Part shown: positions 1 through 8,573 of the stretch, one piece after another
Layout: each line of letters opens with the position of its first letter
Position numbering within the stretch: the first letter of the stretch is position 1
Notes under the pieces: model-generated
Database searches by the model: none
Told to the model about the DNA's origin: nothing
What the model saw: the letters and a program-made list of their open reading frames with translations, nothing else
Translations under genes and position numbers: made by a program
Assembly (NCBI GenBank): GCA_963758295.1
Contig: CAVWUU010000004.1
Span: 768,001 to 832,000 of the forward strand
Source: Candidatus Eremiobacteria bacterium
GTDB lineage: Bacteria; Vulcanimicrobiota; Vulcanimicrobiia; Vulcanimicrobiales; Vulcanimicrobiaceae
Length of the DNA: 64,000 nt
Reading direction: 5' to 3'

Positions 1-578
1 GCGAGCGTCGTTAGCGGATCGAACTCAGCCGTGCGTTGCAACGCTTGATACATGCGTTGGTTTTGCACGGCAATCGCGAGATAATGGCCGATGGCGGCAA
101 TCATGTCTACGTCATTCGTGTCGTACGCATTCGCTCGGGGGCTCTGCACGGAAAGCGCGCCGATGACTTCGCCCGCGGCGCGCATCGGCACAAAAATCGC
201 CGAAACGCTGTCGTTAGTCCAAGGACGGTCCTGATTGATTGCGTGCGAACCGCCGGGAGCCCATTCATCCGGCGCATTTCCCCAAATGATGCCGCCCGAT
301 TCAATGGCCGCCCGAGCGCGCGACTTTGGTGACAGTTCGATGTGGGGATAGCGGCGAATTTCACCGTGATCGTAAAAGTATTCGATCGCGTGATTGCCGC
401 TTGCGTTTGCGAGCGCTATAAACACCACCGACGAGTCGATGTGTTCGGCCAGCATTCGGGTGAGACGATCGAAGAGATCACCAAGGGAAAGGTCGGCGGC
501 AAGCAATGTTGCGGCTTGCTTTAAAAGCAGCCGTTCCTTGGTATGAGGCCGGTCGAACGCGGTAATCCGATCCTTCAT
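1..578 (-). CDS. GAF-domain diguanylate cyclase (GGDEF), truncated by window edge
   Basis: Manual translation from ATG 578: MKDRITAFDRPH...LAIAVQNQRMYQALQRTAEFDPLTTLA; GAF C-terminal helix followed by the DxLT motif that precedes GGDEF domains; frame stays open off the edge. Confidence 0.75.
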   Translation of the reverse strand, partial: MKDRITAFDRPHTKERLLLKQAATLLAADLSLGDLFDRLTRMLAEHIDSSVVFIALANASGNHAIEYFYDHGEIRRYPHIELSPKSRARAAIESGGIIWGNAPDEWAPGGSHAINQDRPWTNDSVSAIFVPMRAAGEVIGALSVQSPRANAYDTNDVDMIAAIGHYLAIAVQNQRMYQALQRTAEFDPLTTL

Positions 579-654
579 AAGAGATACCCTGACACCCGGC
601 CTTCGTTTCCCTCGGGTAAAGGCCCGCCTCGAGATGGTAAGTTTTCTGCAAAAG

Positions 655-678
655 AAGGCCGCCTTCGCAGGCGGCCTT
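655..678 (-). terminator. Intrinsic terminator downstream of the histone-like gene
   Basis: AAGGCCGCC/GGCGGCCTT hairpin followed on the minus strand by TTCTTTT. Confidence 0.7.
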
Positions 679-684
679 GCAGTT

Positions 685-1581
685 TTAGCGGCGCTTACGC
701 CCTTTTGAAGATGACTTCTTTCGCGGAACTTTCGCTCCGCCGCGGCGGGCTTCGGAGAGCCCGATCGCAATCGCCTGCTTGCGATTCTTCACTTTCGGTC
801 CCTTGCGGCCGGAACGAAGCTTGCCTTCTTTCATCTCGTGCATCGCGCGCTCGACCTTGCGGCCGGCCTTCGGGCCGTATTTGCGTCCCGAGCTCTTTTT
901 TGCGGAAGAACTCTTCTTGCGCGAGGAGCTTCCCTTACGCGAAGAACTCTTCTTGGCCGCGCTCTTCTTTCGGCTTGAGGTCTTCTTGCGCGTTGACGTT
1001 GATTTACGGGCAGAAGTCTTACGCGTGCCGGCTTTCTTGCGGCCGGTGGCTTTCTTTCTCGACGTGCCGGATTTCGCGGACGTCTTCTTCCGGCCATTCG
1101 ATGCTTTCTTCCGAGTGCCAGTCGATTTTTTGCGTGCGCCGGTCGACTTTTTGCGTGCGCCGGTTGACTTTTTGCGTCCGCCGGTCGACTTCTTCCGAGC
1201 GCCGGTCGACTTCTTCCGAGCGCTGGTCGACTTCTTGCGGCCGCTGGAACTCTTCTTACGGGTCGACGTCGATTTCTTGCCTCCGCCGCGCCCAGCTGTT
1301 TTAACTTCATCCGGATCGGTCTTGCCGATTCCGGTTTCGTCGTGCCCCGCTTGCACGAACTTGTTGAAGCGGCCATTGGGATCGTAAAGAAAACCAAGAC
1401 CGCTCACATCGAATATCTCAAAGAAGTGGTCCCAGGTAATCGGCTCGAGACGCTCGTCGCGGTCACCGAAGTCGATACGCAGCATTCCGCCCGTCCCTTC
1501 TACTTGAGCGGGACGGCCACCATTGCGCTCTACCCACTCTTGGATTTCGTCGTGATCGGTCGTTTGGCGTGCACTTGCCAA
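685..1581 (-). CDS. Lys/Arg/Ser-rich histone-like protein with N-terminal small globular domain and C-terminal DUF6496-like domain
   Basis: TTG start with GGAGG RBS; N-term TTDHDEIQEWVERNGGRPA; central KKSTGAR-type heptads; C-term KVERAMHEMKEGKLRSGR...KQAIAIGLSEAR. Confidence 0.85.
   Translation of the reverse strand: MASARQTTDHDEIQEWVERNGGRPAQVEGTGGMLRIDFGDRDERLEPITWDHFFEIFDVSGLGFLYDPNGRFNKFVQAGHDETGIGKTDPDEVKTAGRGGGKKSTSTRKKSSSGRKKSTSARKKSTGARKKSTGGRKKSTGARKKSTGARKKSTGTRKKASNGRKKTSAKSGTSRKKATGRKKAGTRKTSARKSTSTRKKTSSRKKSAAKKSSSRKGSSSRKKSSSAKKSSGRKYGPKAGRKVERAMHEMKEGKLRSGRKGPKVKNRKQAIAIGLSEARRGGAKVPRKKSSSKGRKRR
1121..1280 (-). repeat. 21-bp coding tandem repeat (KKSTGAR heptads)
   Basis: gtcgactttttgcgtgcgccg-like units repeated about 8 times with period 21. 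Confidence 0.85.
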
Positions 1582-1644
1582 ATCAAACCTCCTCTAGAGG
1601 AATAGTACTTCGTGTAGGTACCCAACGCTCGACCGTCCTCCAAC

Positions 1645-2232
1645 CTATCCTTGACTCTTCTGTCCGCTCTCGAACAAATCAAGGCGATACGTCGCTGCCT
1701 CGTGATGCGCGCAAAGCCGAAGACCCGACGCATAGAAACTTTCGTGGACTTCTTCTGCGGTCGTCGCATGCCCGTGCACCGGCGGAGTCCAATGCACGAG
1801 TAAAACTTGTCCACCCGGATTCAAGGAGCTTACGATCGCGTTCCGCGTTGCAAGCAAATCCCGGCGGTCCAAATAAAAGCCGACTTCGCAAAACGTCACG
1901 AGATCGAAGCACCGGCCACTTGGGAAGTCGCGGGGAACGGCTCCTACTGCAAACTGAACGTTTGCTAAAGCCTTGCAACGATCACGCGCGCGCTCTACCG
2001 CGTCCGGCGAAACGTCCATCGCATAAAGTGAACCGCACCGCGCGGCAAGCATCTTCGTGAACACGCCGATGGAGCATGCGATCTCAATCGCACAAGCGTA
2101 CGACCCGCGAAGCACACCGATCGATCGATTGTATTTCTCCCGCTCGTACTCGCTGTTCTCGAAGTTCCAGGGATCCCGCTCTCGGCGGTAGAGGTCGATG
2201 AAGTACTGGGGATCGACACTGCGCGCACACAT
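1645..2232 (-). CDS. NodS-like SAM-dependent methyltransferase
   Basis: DPWNFENSEYEREKY, EIACSIG SAM motif, FDLVTFCEVGFYL; start set at ATG 2232. Confidence 0.85.
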   Translation of the reverse strand: MCARSVDPQYFIDLYRRERDPWNFENSEYEREKYNRSIGVLRGSYACAIEIACSIGVFTKMLAARCGSLYAMDVSPDAVERARDRCKALANVQFAVGAVPRDFPSGRCFDLVTFCEVGFYLDRRDLLATRNAIVSSLNPGGQVLLVHWTPPVHGHATTAEEVHESFYASGLRLCAHHEAATYRLDLFESGQKSQG

Positions 2233-2237
2233 GGTAA

Positions 2238-2957
2238 CTATTTTCCTTGAGCCGCCTCTCGTTCGGCTTCGTCCGGGCCGCCGCAAATGAGAAAATGCAC
2301 GACGACTGCCGCCAGCGCGCCGACGACCGGGCCGACGGCATAGATTGGGACGAGGTCCCAACGGCCGCCGAGGATCTGCGGCGCAATGGAGCGTGCGGGA
2401 TTCATCGATGCGCCGCTAATCGGGCCACCAAAGAATCCGCACGCCGCGACCACGAACCCGACGGCTAAAGCGGAATCTTTGCCGACAACCGCTTTTTCCG
2501 TCGCCGTCATGAGGATCGTAAGTACGACAATGAACGTTAAAACGATTTCCACGATCGCCGCTTGGAAGAACGTAAATGAGACGCCCGGATGGCTCGCGCC
2601 GAGAACCATATTCTGTCCGTAACACCATAGGACCGCATATGCGGCGAGGAACGCACCGACAAACTCCGCTACGAGGTACGCGAGCGCCATTCGCCCCGGA
2701 AAGACGCGCGCCAACCAAAAACCGATGGTCACGGCGGGATTCACGTGCGCGCCGGACGTTTCGGCAAAAGCGTAGATAACGACGGCAGTGATGAGTCCAC
2801 GCGCGAGCCATCGCGAAACGTAGTCGACGTCATGGGTGGTGTAATACGGGATGTCGACGGACGTCGCCGTCAACGTCACCATAAAGGTTCCTACGATTTC
2901 CGCAAACAGCTTTTGATAGATGCCCGGATTGTGTTTCTTGTCTTTATTCCTTCGCAT
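2238..2957 (-). CDS. MIP family channel (aquaporin)
   Basis: Two NPA motifs (SGAHVNPAVT, GASMNPARS) and six hydrophobic segments. Confidence 0.92.
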   Translation of the reverse strand: MRRNKDKKHNPGIYQKLFAEIVGTFMVTLTATSVDIPYYTTHDVDYVSRWLARGLITAVVIYAFAETSGAHVNPAVTIGFWLARVFPGRMALAYLVAEFVGAFLAAYAVLWCYGQNMVLGASHPGVSFTFFQAAIVEIVLTFIVVLTILMTATEKAVVGKDSALAVGFVVAACGFFGGPISGASMNPARSIAPQILGGRWDLVPIYAVGPVVGALAAVVVHFLICGGPDEAEREAAQGK

Positions 2958-3926
2958 TTAACCTGCGCGTGACGTTTCTAAGACCGATTCCAGTTCTTGT
3001 AGTACTTCGTGGACCGAAATTTCAGCAAGACCCGGATCGACGGCGGCTGCATGAGGATCGCCGGTGCGTCCGTGCCAGATCGCTCGATGATGCCGGCGCT
3101 CGCGCGGCGGCCCCCAGCGCGCCGGGCTCATAGGTCCGAACAGCACGACCGACGGTGTTCCCACCGCCGTGGCGACATGGGCCATTCCCGTATCCCCGCA
3201 TACCACCGCTTGCGAGCCCGCTACGATGGATGCAAGGTCTTCTAATGACGTATGCCCAGCAAGCACCACATTCATATCAAGGCCGGCGTTTCGCGCGATG
3301 ATGCGGCACCGGCGGAACTCGTTGCGATTGCCGGTGAACGCCAGACGATAGCCGCGTTTGCGCAGTTGCGTAGCGAGATCGATCCAAGATTTCACGGGCC
3401 AACGCCGGGACTCACTCGAAGCGCCGGGATGCAACAAGATGGCGTTGTAAGCGCGCGCGGATCGGGCCGGCACCCGGAGATCTAAATCGTGGGCGTTCGC
3501 GGGAATGCCGCTCTCTTCGAGCATCCTGCACCAGCGGTTTACTTCATGTTCGTCGTCACGCCAAACCGGGCCGCCGGCGGGTATTCCAACCTCGTCGTTC
3601 TTGAAGGCGATGAACCGGCGCGGTTCGGTTTCCAAAATCACGCGATGGCTTTGCGGCCCGCTCCCGTGCAAGTTCACCGCTACGTCGGCGCAGTGAAGCG
3701 CCGGATCGAGCGACGCAAGGGGCGCCGTATCTACGACTTCGTCAATGCAGTCGCCGCACAGTTTCGCGAGCGGTGCAAGGGCAATCGGCGCCGCGAGGAT
3801 GCGATGGTGGCTTGGAAAAGCACGCGCAAGTGCCCGATAGGCGGGGACGCCGGTCAAGAAGTCGCCGAGTCCGAGAGGACGTACCAGCACGAGGCGCGGT
3901 CGTTGCGTCGTGATAGCGGCAATCAT
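2958..3926 (-). CDS. Glycosyltransferase family 9 (heptosyltransferase-like)
   Basis: GLGDFL, HPGAS..SRRWP, CGDTGMAHVATAVGTPSVVLFGP; ATG overlaps upstream stop (ATGA). Confidence 0.9.
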   Translation of the reverse strand: MIAAITTQRPRLVLVRPLGLGDFLTGVPAYRALARAFPSHHRILAAPIALAPLAKLCGDCIDEVVDTAPLASLDPALHCADVAVNLHGSGPQSHRVILETEPRRFIAFKNDEVGIPAGGPVWRDDEHEVNRWCRMLEESGIPANAHDLDLRVPARSARAYNAILLHPGASSESRRWPVKSWIDLATQLRKRGYRLAFTGNRNEFRRCRIIARNAGLDMNVVLAGHTSLEDLASIVAGSQAVVCGDTGMAHVATAVGTPSVVLFGPMSPARWGPPRERRHHRAIWHGRTGDPHAAAVDPGLAEISVHEVLQELESVLETSRAG

Positions 3927-5137
3927 GATGCTTGCGCTGAAAACGCCTGTTGAACGATGACGCGCTGATAAACTTCCTGCGTTTCCGCGGCGATGCGCGT
4001 CCAACCGTAACGCTCGTTCGCGCGGCGCGCTCCGGCTATGCCGAGCGAGATGCGCAGACGTTCGTTCTGTAAAAGTTTTCGAATGGCTTCAGCCAGCGCG
4101 ATAGGTGAGCGGGGCTCAACGTGAATGCCCGTGACGCCGTCGACGACGCTATCTACAAGTCCGCCGACCGACGCAACAACGACCGGCACGCCGCACGCCA
4201 TCGCTTCCAACGGGACGATGCCGAACGGCTCGTACCACGGGTAGCACACCACGATGTCAGCCGAGCGCAACAGCCGCGGCATCGACGTGCGTTCGACCCG
4301 CCCGCGGAATTCGATCCGTTCTTCCACGCCAAGCGAACGCGCAATATCGCGAAGGCGGCACGCTTCGGGATCGTTCCAAAGGTGGTCGCGATCGGGACCA
4401 CCCGCAATGACCAACTCCGCATTCGGCAACATCCGTAGAGCGGTGATGGCATCCGCAATGCCCTTACGTTCCACCAAACGGCTCACCGATAAAATGCGCT
4501 GTGTTTTGCGATTGCGCGACTCCGTCGGCCCGAGCGCCGAGAAGTGGGACAGATCGACACCGCACGGAACGACGGTGATGTCGTTACGATTCGTCCCCAT
4601 GCGCACGAGTTCGAAGGCTTCCGCGCTCGCGGTCGCAACGATGTGCGACGCTTCACGTGCGATCCGTTCTTCTTCGAGTAAACGGCCCTCCGGGCTCGTG
4701 TCCTTGTTGCCTTGATGCCGCTTCTTCTCGATTCCGAGTGCGTGGAACGTGTGCACGACCGGAATGCCCATCGGCCCCGCGGCGTCTAGCGATGCTTTGC
4801 CGGACATCCAGAAGTGCGAGTGCACGACGTCGGGACGCCAATCGGTCCAGCGCTGCGTCAATTGTTCGGCGAATGCCGGCATGTACTGAAGCAGGTGATC
4901 TTTTTCGATGTTGCGCGGCGGACCGGCGTCGATGTGATCGACCTGCACGCCCGTACAAAAAGGTACCGTCGCCGGAAAACGTTTATCGTCGCGACGGGTG
5001 TAGACGCGCACTTCGGCGCCTTGACGCGCCATCGCTTCGGCCAACGCTGCTACGTGAACGTTTTGGCCGCCCGCGTCGACGCCGCCTAGCACGGCCAACG
5101 GGCTTGCATGTTCTGATACAAACGCAACTTTCATCAT
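3923..5137 (-). CDS. Glycosyltransferase family 4 (MshA-like)
   Basis: SEHASPL..GGVDAGGQNVHV, HSHFWMSG, EPFGIVPLEAMACG. Confidence 0.92.
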   Translation of the reverse strand: MMKVAFVSEHASPLAVLGGVDAGGQNVHVAALAEAMARQGAEVRVYTRRDDKRFPATVPFCTGVQVDHIDAGPPRNIEKDHLLQYMPAFAEQLTQRWTDWRPDVVHSHFWMSGKASLDAAGPMGIPVVHTFHALGIEKKRHQGNKDTSPEGRLLEEERIAREASHIVATASAEAFELVRMGTNRNDITVVPCGVDLSHFSALGPTESRNRKTQRILSVSRLVERKGIADAITALRMLPNAELVIAGGPDRDHLWNDPEACRLRDIARSLGVEERIEFRGRVERTSMPRLLRSADIVVCYPWYEPFGIVPLEAMACGVPVVVASVGGLVDSVVDGVTGIHVEPRSPIALAEAIRKLLQNERLRISLGIAGARRANERYGWTRIAAETQEVYQRVIVQQAFSAQAS

Positions 5138-6063
5138 ACCATCTCCCCAATTAGCCGGTCCCAGTCAGCGAGAAACCGTTCTACCCCGAAACGCTCGCGC
5201 GCGTATTCACGCGCACGCATTCCCATGTCCATGCAGCGGTCCAGATCGTTAAGTAAGTCGCGGCTTGCATCCACCAGCTCCGCGACATTTGTAGAGATGA
5301 CACCGGCGCCGGCCGGAACCGCGTACGGGACTTCCGTAGTGGCAAGCGCGACTACGGGCATGCCGATTTGCATTGCTTCGATCAGCGAAAGGCCCAGCGA
5401 CGTCCACCGAATCGGATGAACGTAGATCCGGCGGCGTCCCAATTCTTCGTGCAGGCGATCTTGCGGTAGATTCTCGATGCCGCCCATGGGCGCCGCATCC
5501 ATTCCAAAAACGTCAACGGGTGCGACCGCATCGAAGCGCGCAAGCAAATCCGTCCCGGTAACGCGGGCGCGCCGGCGGGCTTCGTTGATCACCACGGCGC
5601 AGCGCGCCAGTTCACCGGTATAACGGTGGCCCGGGTCCACGATTCCGTGCTCGATAACGTACGTGCGCGCATCGCCGCAATCCCAGAACAACTCATTGAA
5701 ATGAGTTACGTGCAGGACCGGCACGTTTTCCACCTCGGCCATCGGGTGACGCATCTCGTTGATGCGTCCCTGCGGCGCATTGTGTTCCAGGTACACCGCG
5801 GGAATATCGACACCCGGTGTCTTCCCAAGCCACTGCTTTACGAGTTCGTATTCAGTGGGACGCTGCAAGATCACGAGATCGAGGTGTTGATCTGCGAGCG
5901 CATCGGGAGATAGTTCGACGACGCTCTCCGGCCAAGCCCAGGTTTCGGCTCTCCCACGTCCATCCGCACTGCGGTCGGGCAGCACGGGAACGAAATATTT
6001 ATGCGAGCCTTGGACGAACGCCGTCATCCAGGAACCGTGGATATGCCACGCGAGGATGTTCAT
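5134..6063 (-). CDS. GT-B fold glycosyltransferase (family 4-like)
   Basis: WHIHGSW N-terminus, TSLGLSLIEAMQIGMPVV; translationally coupled. Confidence 0.85.
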   Translation of the reverse strand: MNILAWHIHGSWMTAFVQGSHKYFVPVLPDRSADGRGRAETWAWPESVVELSPDALADQHLDLVILQRPTEYELVKQWLGKTPGVDIPAVYLEHNAPQGRINEMRHPMAEVENVPVLHVTHFNELFWDCGDARTYVIEHGIVDPGHRYTGELARCAVVINEARRRARVTGTDLLARFDAVAPVDVFGMDAAPMGGIENLPQDRLHEELGRRRIYVHPIRWTSLGLSLIEAMQIGMPVVALATTEVPYAVPAGAGVISTNVAELVDASRDLLNDLDRCMDMGMRAREYARERFGVERFLADWDRLIGEMV

Positions 6064-7073
6064 CAGGCGGCTACCATCCTAGGGACCAGCGAACGTACTG
6101 CATCAAGCACGGCTTCCGGCGTCACGTCGCGCAAACACGGTTGACCCGGAATAGGACAACTGTGCGCGCGGCATCCCGCGCACGAGATTTCCTGATCGCC
6201 GAGCAATACGTAAGGAACCATCCAGGGGCGGAAACGGGCCGCCGGAATCGTCGGCGGAAATATTTCTACGACGGGGGTGCCCGCTGCGGATGATACGTGG
6301 GTCGCAGCAGTATTGCCGCACACCACTACCGCGGCTTCGCGAACGATTGCGGCAAATTCCGCAAAAGTGGTCGATCCGGCGGCGTTGCGAACGCGAGGGT
6401 TCGTTCCGGCGACAGCCTTCGCCAATTCGCGTTCATCGGCACTGCCCGTAACGACGACGTCAAAACCGCTTTCCGTCAGCAGCTCGACGAGGGCGCGATT
6501 TCCTTCCAATGACCAGGCACGCGCCGGCACCGTGCAACCGGGATGAACGACGACATAGCCGTTTCCGAACGAAACGTTTGGTAGCGGCCGCATCGCAAGG
6601 CGAGCGTCGTCGCCGGGCGGTAGCTGATAACCCATCGCGTTCGCGAGCGACAATGCGCGTTGAACCTCGTGAATGTCGTCTTCGACGTGATGCCGCACGT
6701 CCAGTAACGACCCCGGATAATCGACGCTGATCGCGCCGATCCGTTCGACGCCTGCCATACGCAAGAGCAGCGCCATCGGCAATGGGCTTTGGTGGAACGA
6801 CGTGAAGATGACGGCTTCATCGAAGCCGCGGCGCATAGAGCACACGAACGAATCGACATCGTCGGCTTGCACCGGTCGCGGATCGGCGTCGATCCATGCC
6901 GCCTCCCAAACGACTACTTCGTCGACGCACGGAAGCATTTTCGCAGCAGCTTCGCCACGCGGGCCGCAAACCAGCGTCAGGCGGTCGCACCCGGCGCGCA
7001 AAGCGCGCAACGCCGGACCGGCAAGCAAAACGTCGCCGTTGTTATCCTGCCGTGTCGCGATTACGCTCTTCAC
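6063..7073 (-). CDS. Glycosyltransferase family 9
   Basis: RQDNNGDVLL, HPGCTVPARAW, GNTAATHVSSAAGTPVV, C-terminal CxxC..CP motif; GTG start. Confidence 0.88.
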   Translation of the reverse strand: MKSVIATRQDNNGDVLLAGPALRALRAGCDRLTLVCGPRGEAAAKMLPCVDEVVVWEAAWIDADPRPVQADDVDSFVCSMRRGFDEAVIFTSFHQSPLPMALLLRMAGVERIGAISVDYPGSLLDVRHHVEDDIHEVQRALSLANAMGYQLPPGDDARLAMRPLPNVSFGNGYVVVHPGCTVPARAWSLEGNRALVELLTESGFDVVVTGSADERELAKAVAGTNPRVRNAAGSTTFAEFAAIVREAAVVVCGNTAATHVSSAAGTPVVEIFPPTIPAARFRPWMVPYVLLGDQEISCAGCRAHSCPIPGQPCLRDVTPEAVLDAVRSLVPRMVAA

Positions 7074-7074
7074 G

Positions 7075-7596
7075 TTAAACGCGTCCTTTGACGACGCGGC
7101 GCACGGCATCGAGAATATCGTCGGCGACGACGGGCGCGTTCTCGATTTCCGCTTGCCTCGTTACGGCCGTAGGCACGAGGACGCCACGTGCGCCCGCCGC
7201 TTCCGCCGCTTCCACGTCGGCGCCTATATCGCCGATCACGACGCAACGTTCCGTAGGAATTCCGAATCGCTGGGATGCGGCGACGATCAACCCAGGTTCC
7301 GGCTTGCGGCAATCGCAGCCGTCGCCCACGCCGTGCACGCAGACGAACCATCCGTCGATGGGTCCGGCGAGTTCCTCGATTCGCGCGTGCATGCGGAACA
7401 GGTCGTCTTCATCCAGACCGCCTGCTGCTACAGCCGGTTGATTCGTAACGACGCCGACCGCATAGCCCCATTCGCGCGCGAGTGCGAGCGCGTCTCCGGC
7501 ATGCGGCATTAATTCGATTGCTTGGGGGTCGAAGTTCTGCGGACGATCCACGATGAGCGTTCCGTCACGGTCAAAGAGAATCGCGCGATCTTTCAC
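7075..7596 (-). CDS. HAD-IIIA phosphatase, GmhB-like (heptose 1,7-bisphosphate phosphatase family)
   Basis: FDRDGTL, VVTNQ, CVH...CDCRKPEPG, IGD. Confidence 0.88.
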   Translation of the reverse strand: MKDRAILFDRDGTLIVDRPQNFDPQAIELMPHAGDALALAREWGYAVGVVTNQPAVAAGGLDEDDLFRMHARIEELAGPIDGWFVCVHGVGDGCDCRKPEPGLIVAASQRFGIPTERCVVIGDIGADVEAAEAAGARGVLVPTAVTRQAEIENAPVVADDILDAVRRVVKGRV

Positions 7597-8573
7597 GCCG
7601 CGTCCTCCCGCAGCAACGAAGGCAGCTTGGCAAAGCCTCGAACTTTGTGATAAACGGCGGCGAACGGAATCGCCGCGCTCGTCGCAGCCATCGTCGCGAT
7701 TTCATCGACGGTCCGGGGTCCCGGGGCTATGCGGCGCCATGCAAAATCCGCCGTCAGTCCAAGCCAAATCGCAGCCGCGCTTAGCGCAAGCGGTCTGCGC
7801 CGTTCGAGTGCCGCCGCCAACGCAATGCCGGCGCTCAAAACGGTTGCGGCATGAAGTGGGAATCGCCCGCGAGGCGAGCGCGCTAACGTCCGCCATTGCG
7901 GACCATGAAGTGCGCGCATCAGCACGTCGTCGGCATTTCCGCGTTGCAGTTTCACGCTGATCCAACGGCTTGCCGGCTGCACGGGATGGTATGCGTGCCG
8001 GCGGCCGGTCTCTAGCGTGTAACCGGCGCGCTGCGCTCGAATCGCTAAATCCGCGTCTTCGCGATACGCGCGCTTAAAACGTTCGTCGAAGCCTTGAAGC
8101 TGTTCTAAAACGGTGCGACGGTACGCCATATCCGCCGTAATCCAACTGGAGGTAGCCAAACCGCCGACGTTGCGCTCCCAATCGGTAGCACTGCGATCGA
8201 CGGGAAGCGGCACATCGATTTGCGCCTGAATTCCGCCGGCGTCTTTACCCGCGTCAGCGAGATCACCGCGCAGATCGGCCGCCCAATTGGCGTCCACCAC
8301 CACGTCGTCGTCGAGAAAGCAAATCCACTCGCTCGTCGACGCCCGCCATCCGGCGTTTCGCGCCGCTGCCGGGCCACGGCCGCCGCTGCATACTATCTTG
8401 ATGCGTGTTGCGAACTCGGCAACACGCTCGCCGACGTTCAGCGGGGCACCCTGCTTGCGATCGTCAACCAAAATTATTTCTTCGGCGTCACGCGCATTGG
8501 CTCGCTCAAGGGAATCGAGAAGCGAACATAGCGAGGCGCGCCCGATGGTCGGGACGACAATACTGTACGTCAC
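7593..8573 (-). CDS. Glycosyltransferase family 2
   Basis: YSIVVPT, GPAAARNAG, FLDDD, GFDERF..AYREDADL; GTG overlaps upstream TGA. Confidence 0.9.
   Translation of the reverse strand: MTYSIVVPTIGRASLCSLLDSLERANARDAEEIILVDDRKQGAPLNVGERVAEFATRIKIVCSGGRGPAAARNAGWRASTSEWICFLDDDVVVDANWAADLRGDLADAGKDAGGIQAQIDVPLPVDRSATDWERNVGGLATSSWITADMAYRRTVLEQLQGFDERFKRAYREDADLAIRAQRAGYTLETGRRHAYHPVQPASRWISVKLQRGNADDVLMRALHGPQWRTLARSPRGRFPLHAATVLSAGIALAAALERRRPLALSAAAIWLGLTADFAWRRIAPGPRTVDEIATMAATSAAIPFAAVYHKVRGFAKLPSLLREDAA

Noticed and set aside
543..1397. Long ORFs antisense to or overlapping the histone-like gene
   Set aside because: Shadows of the 21-bp low-complexity repeat
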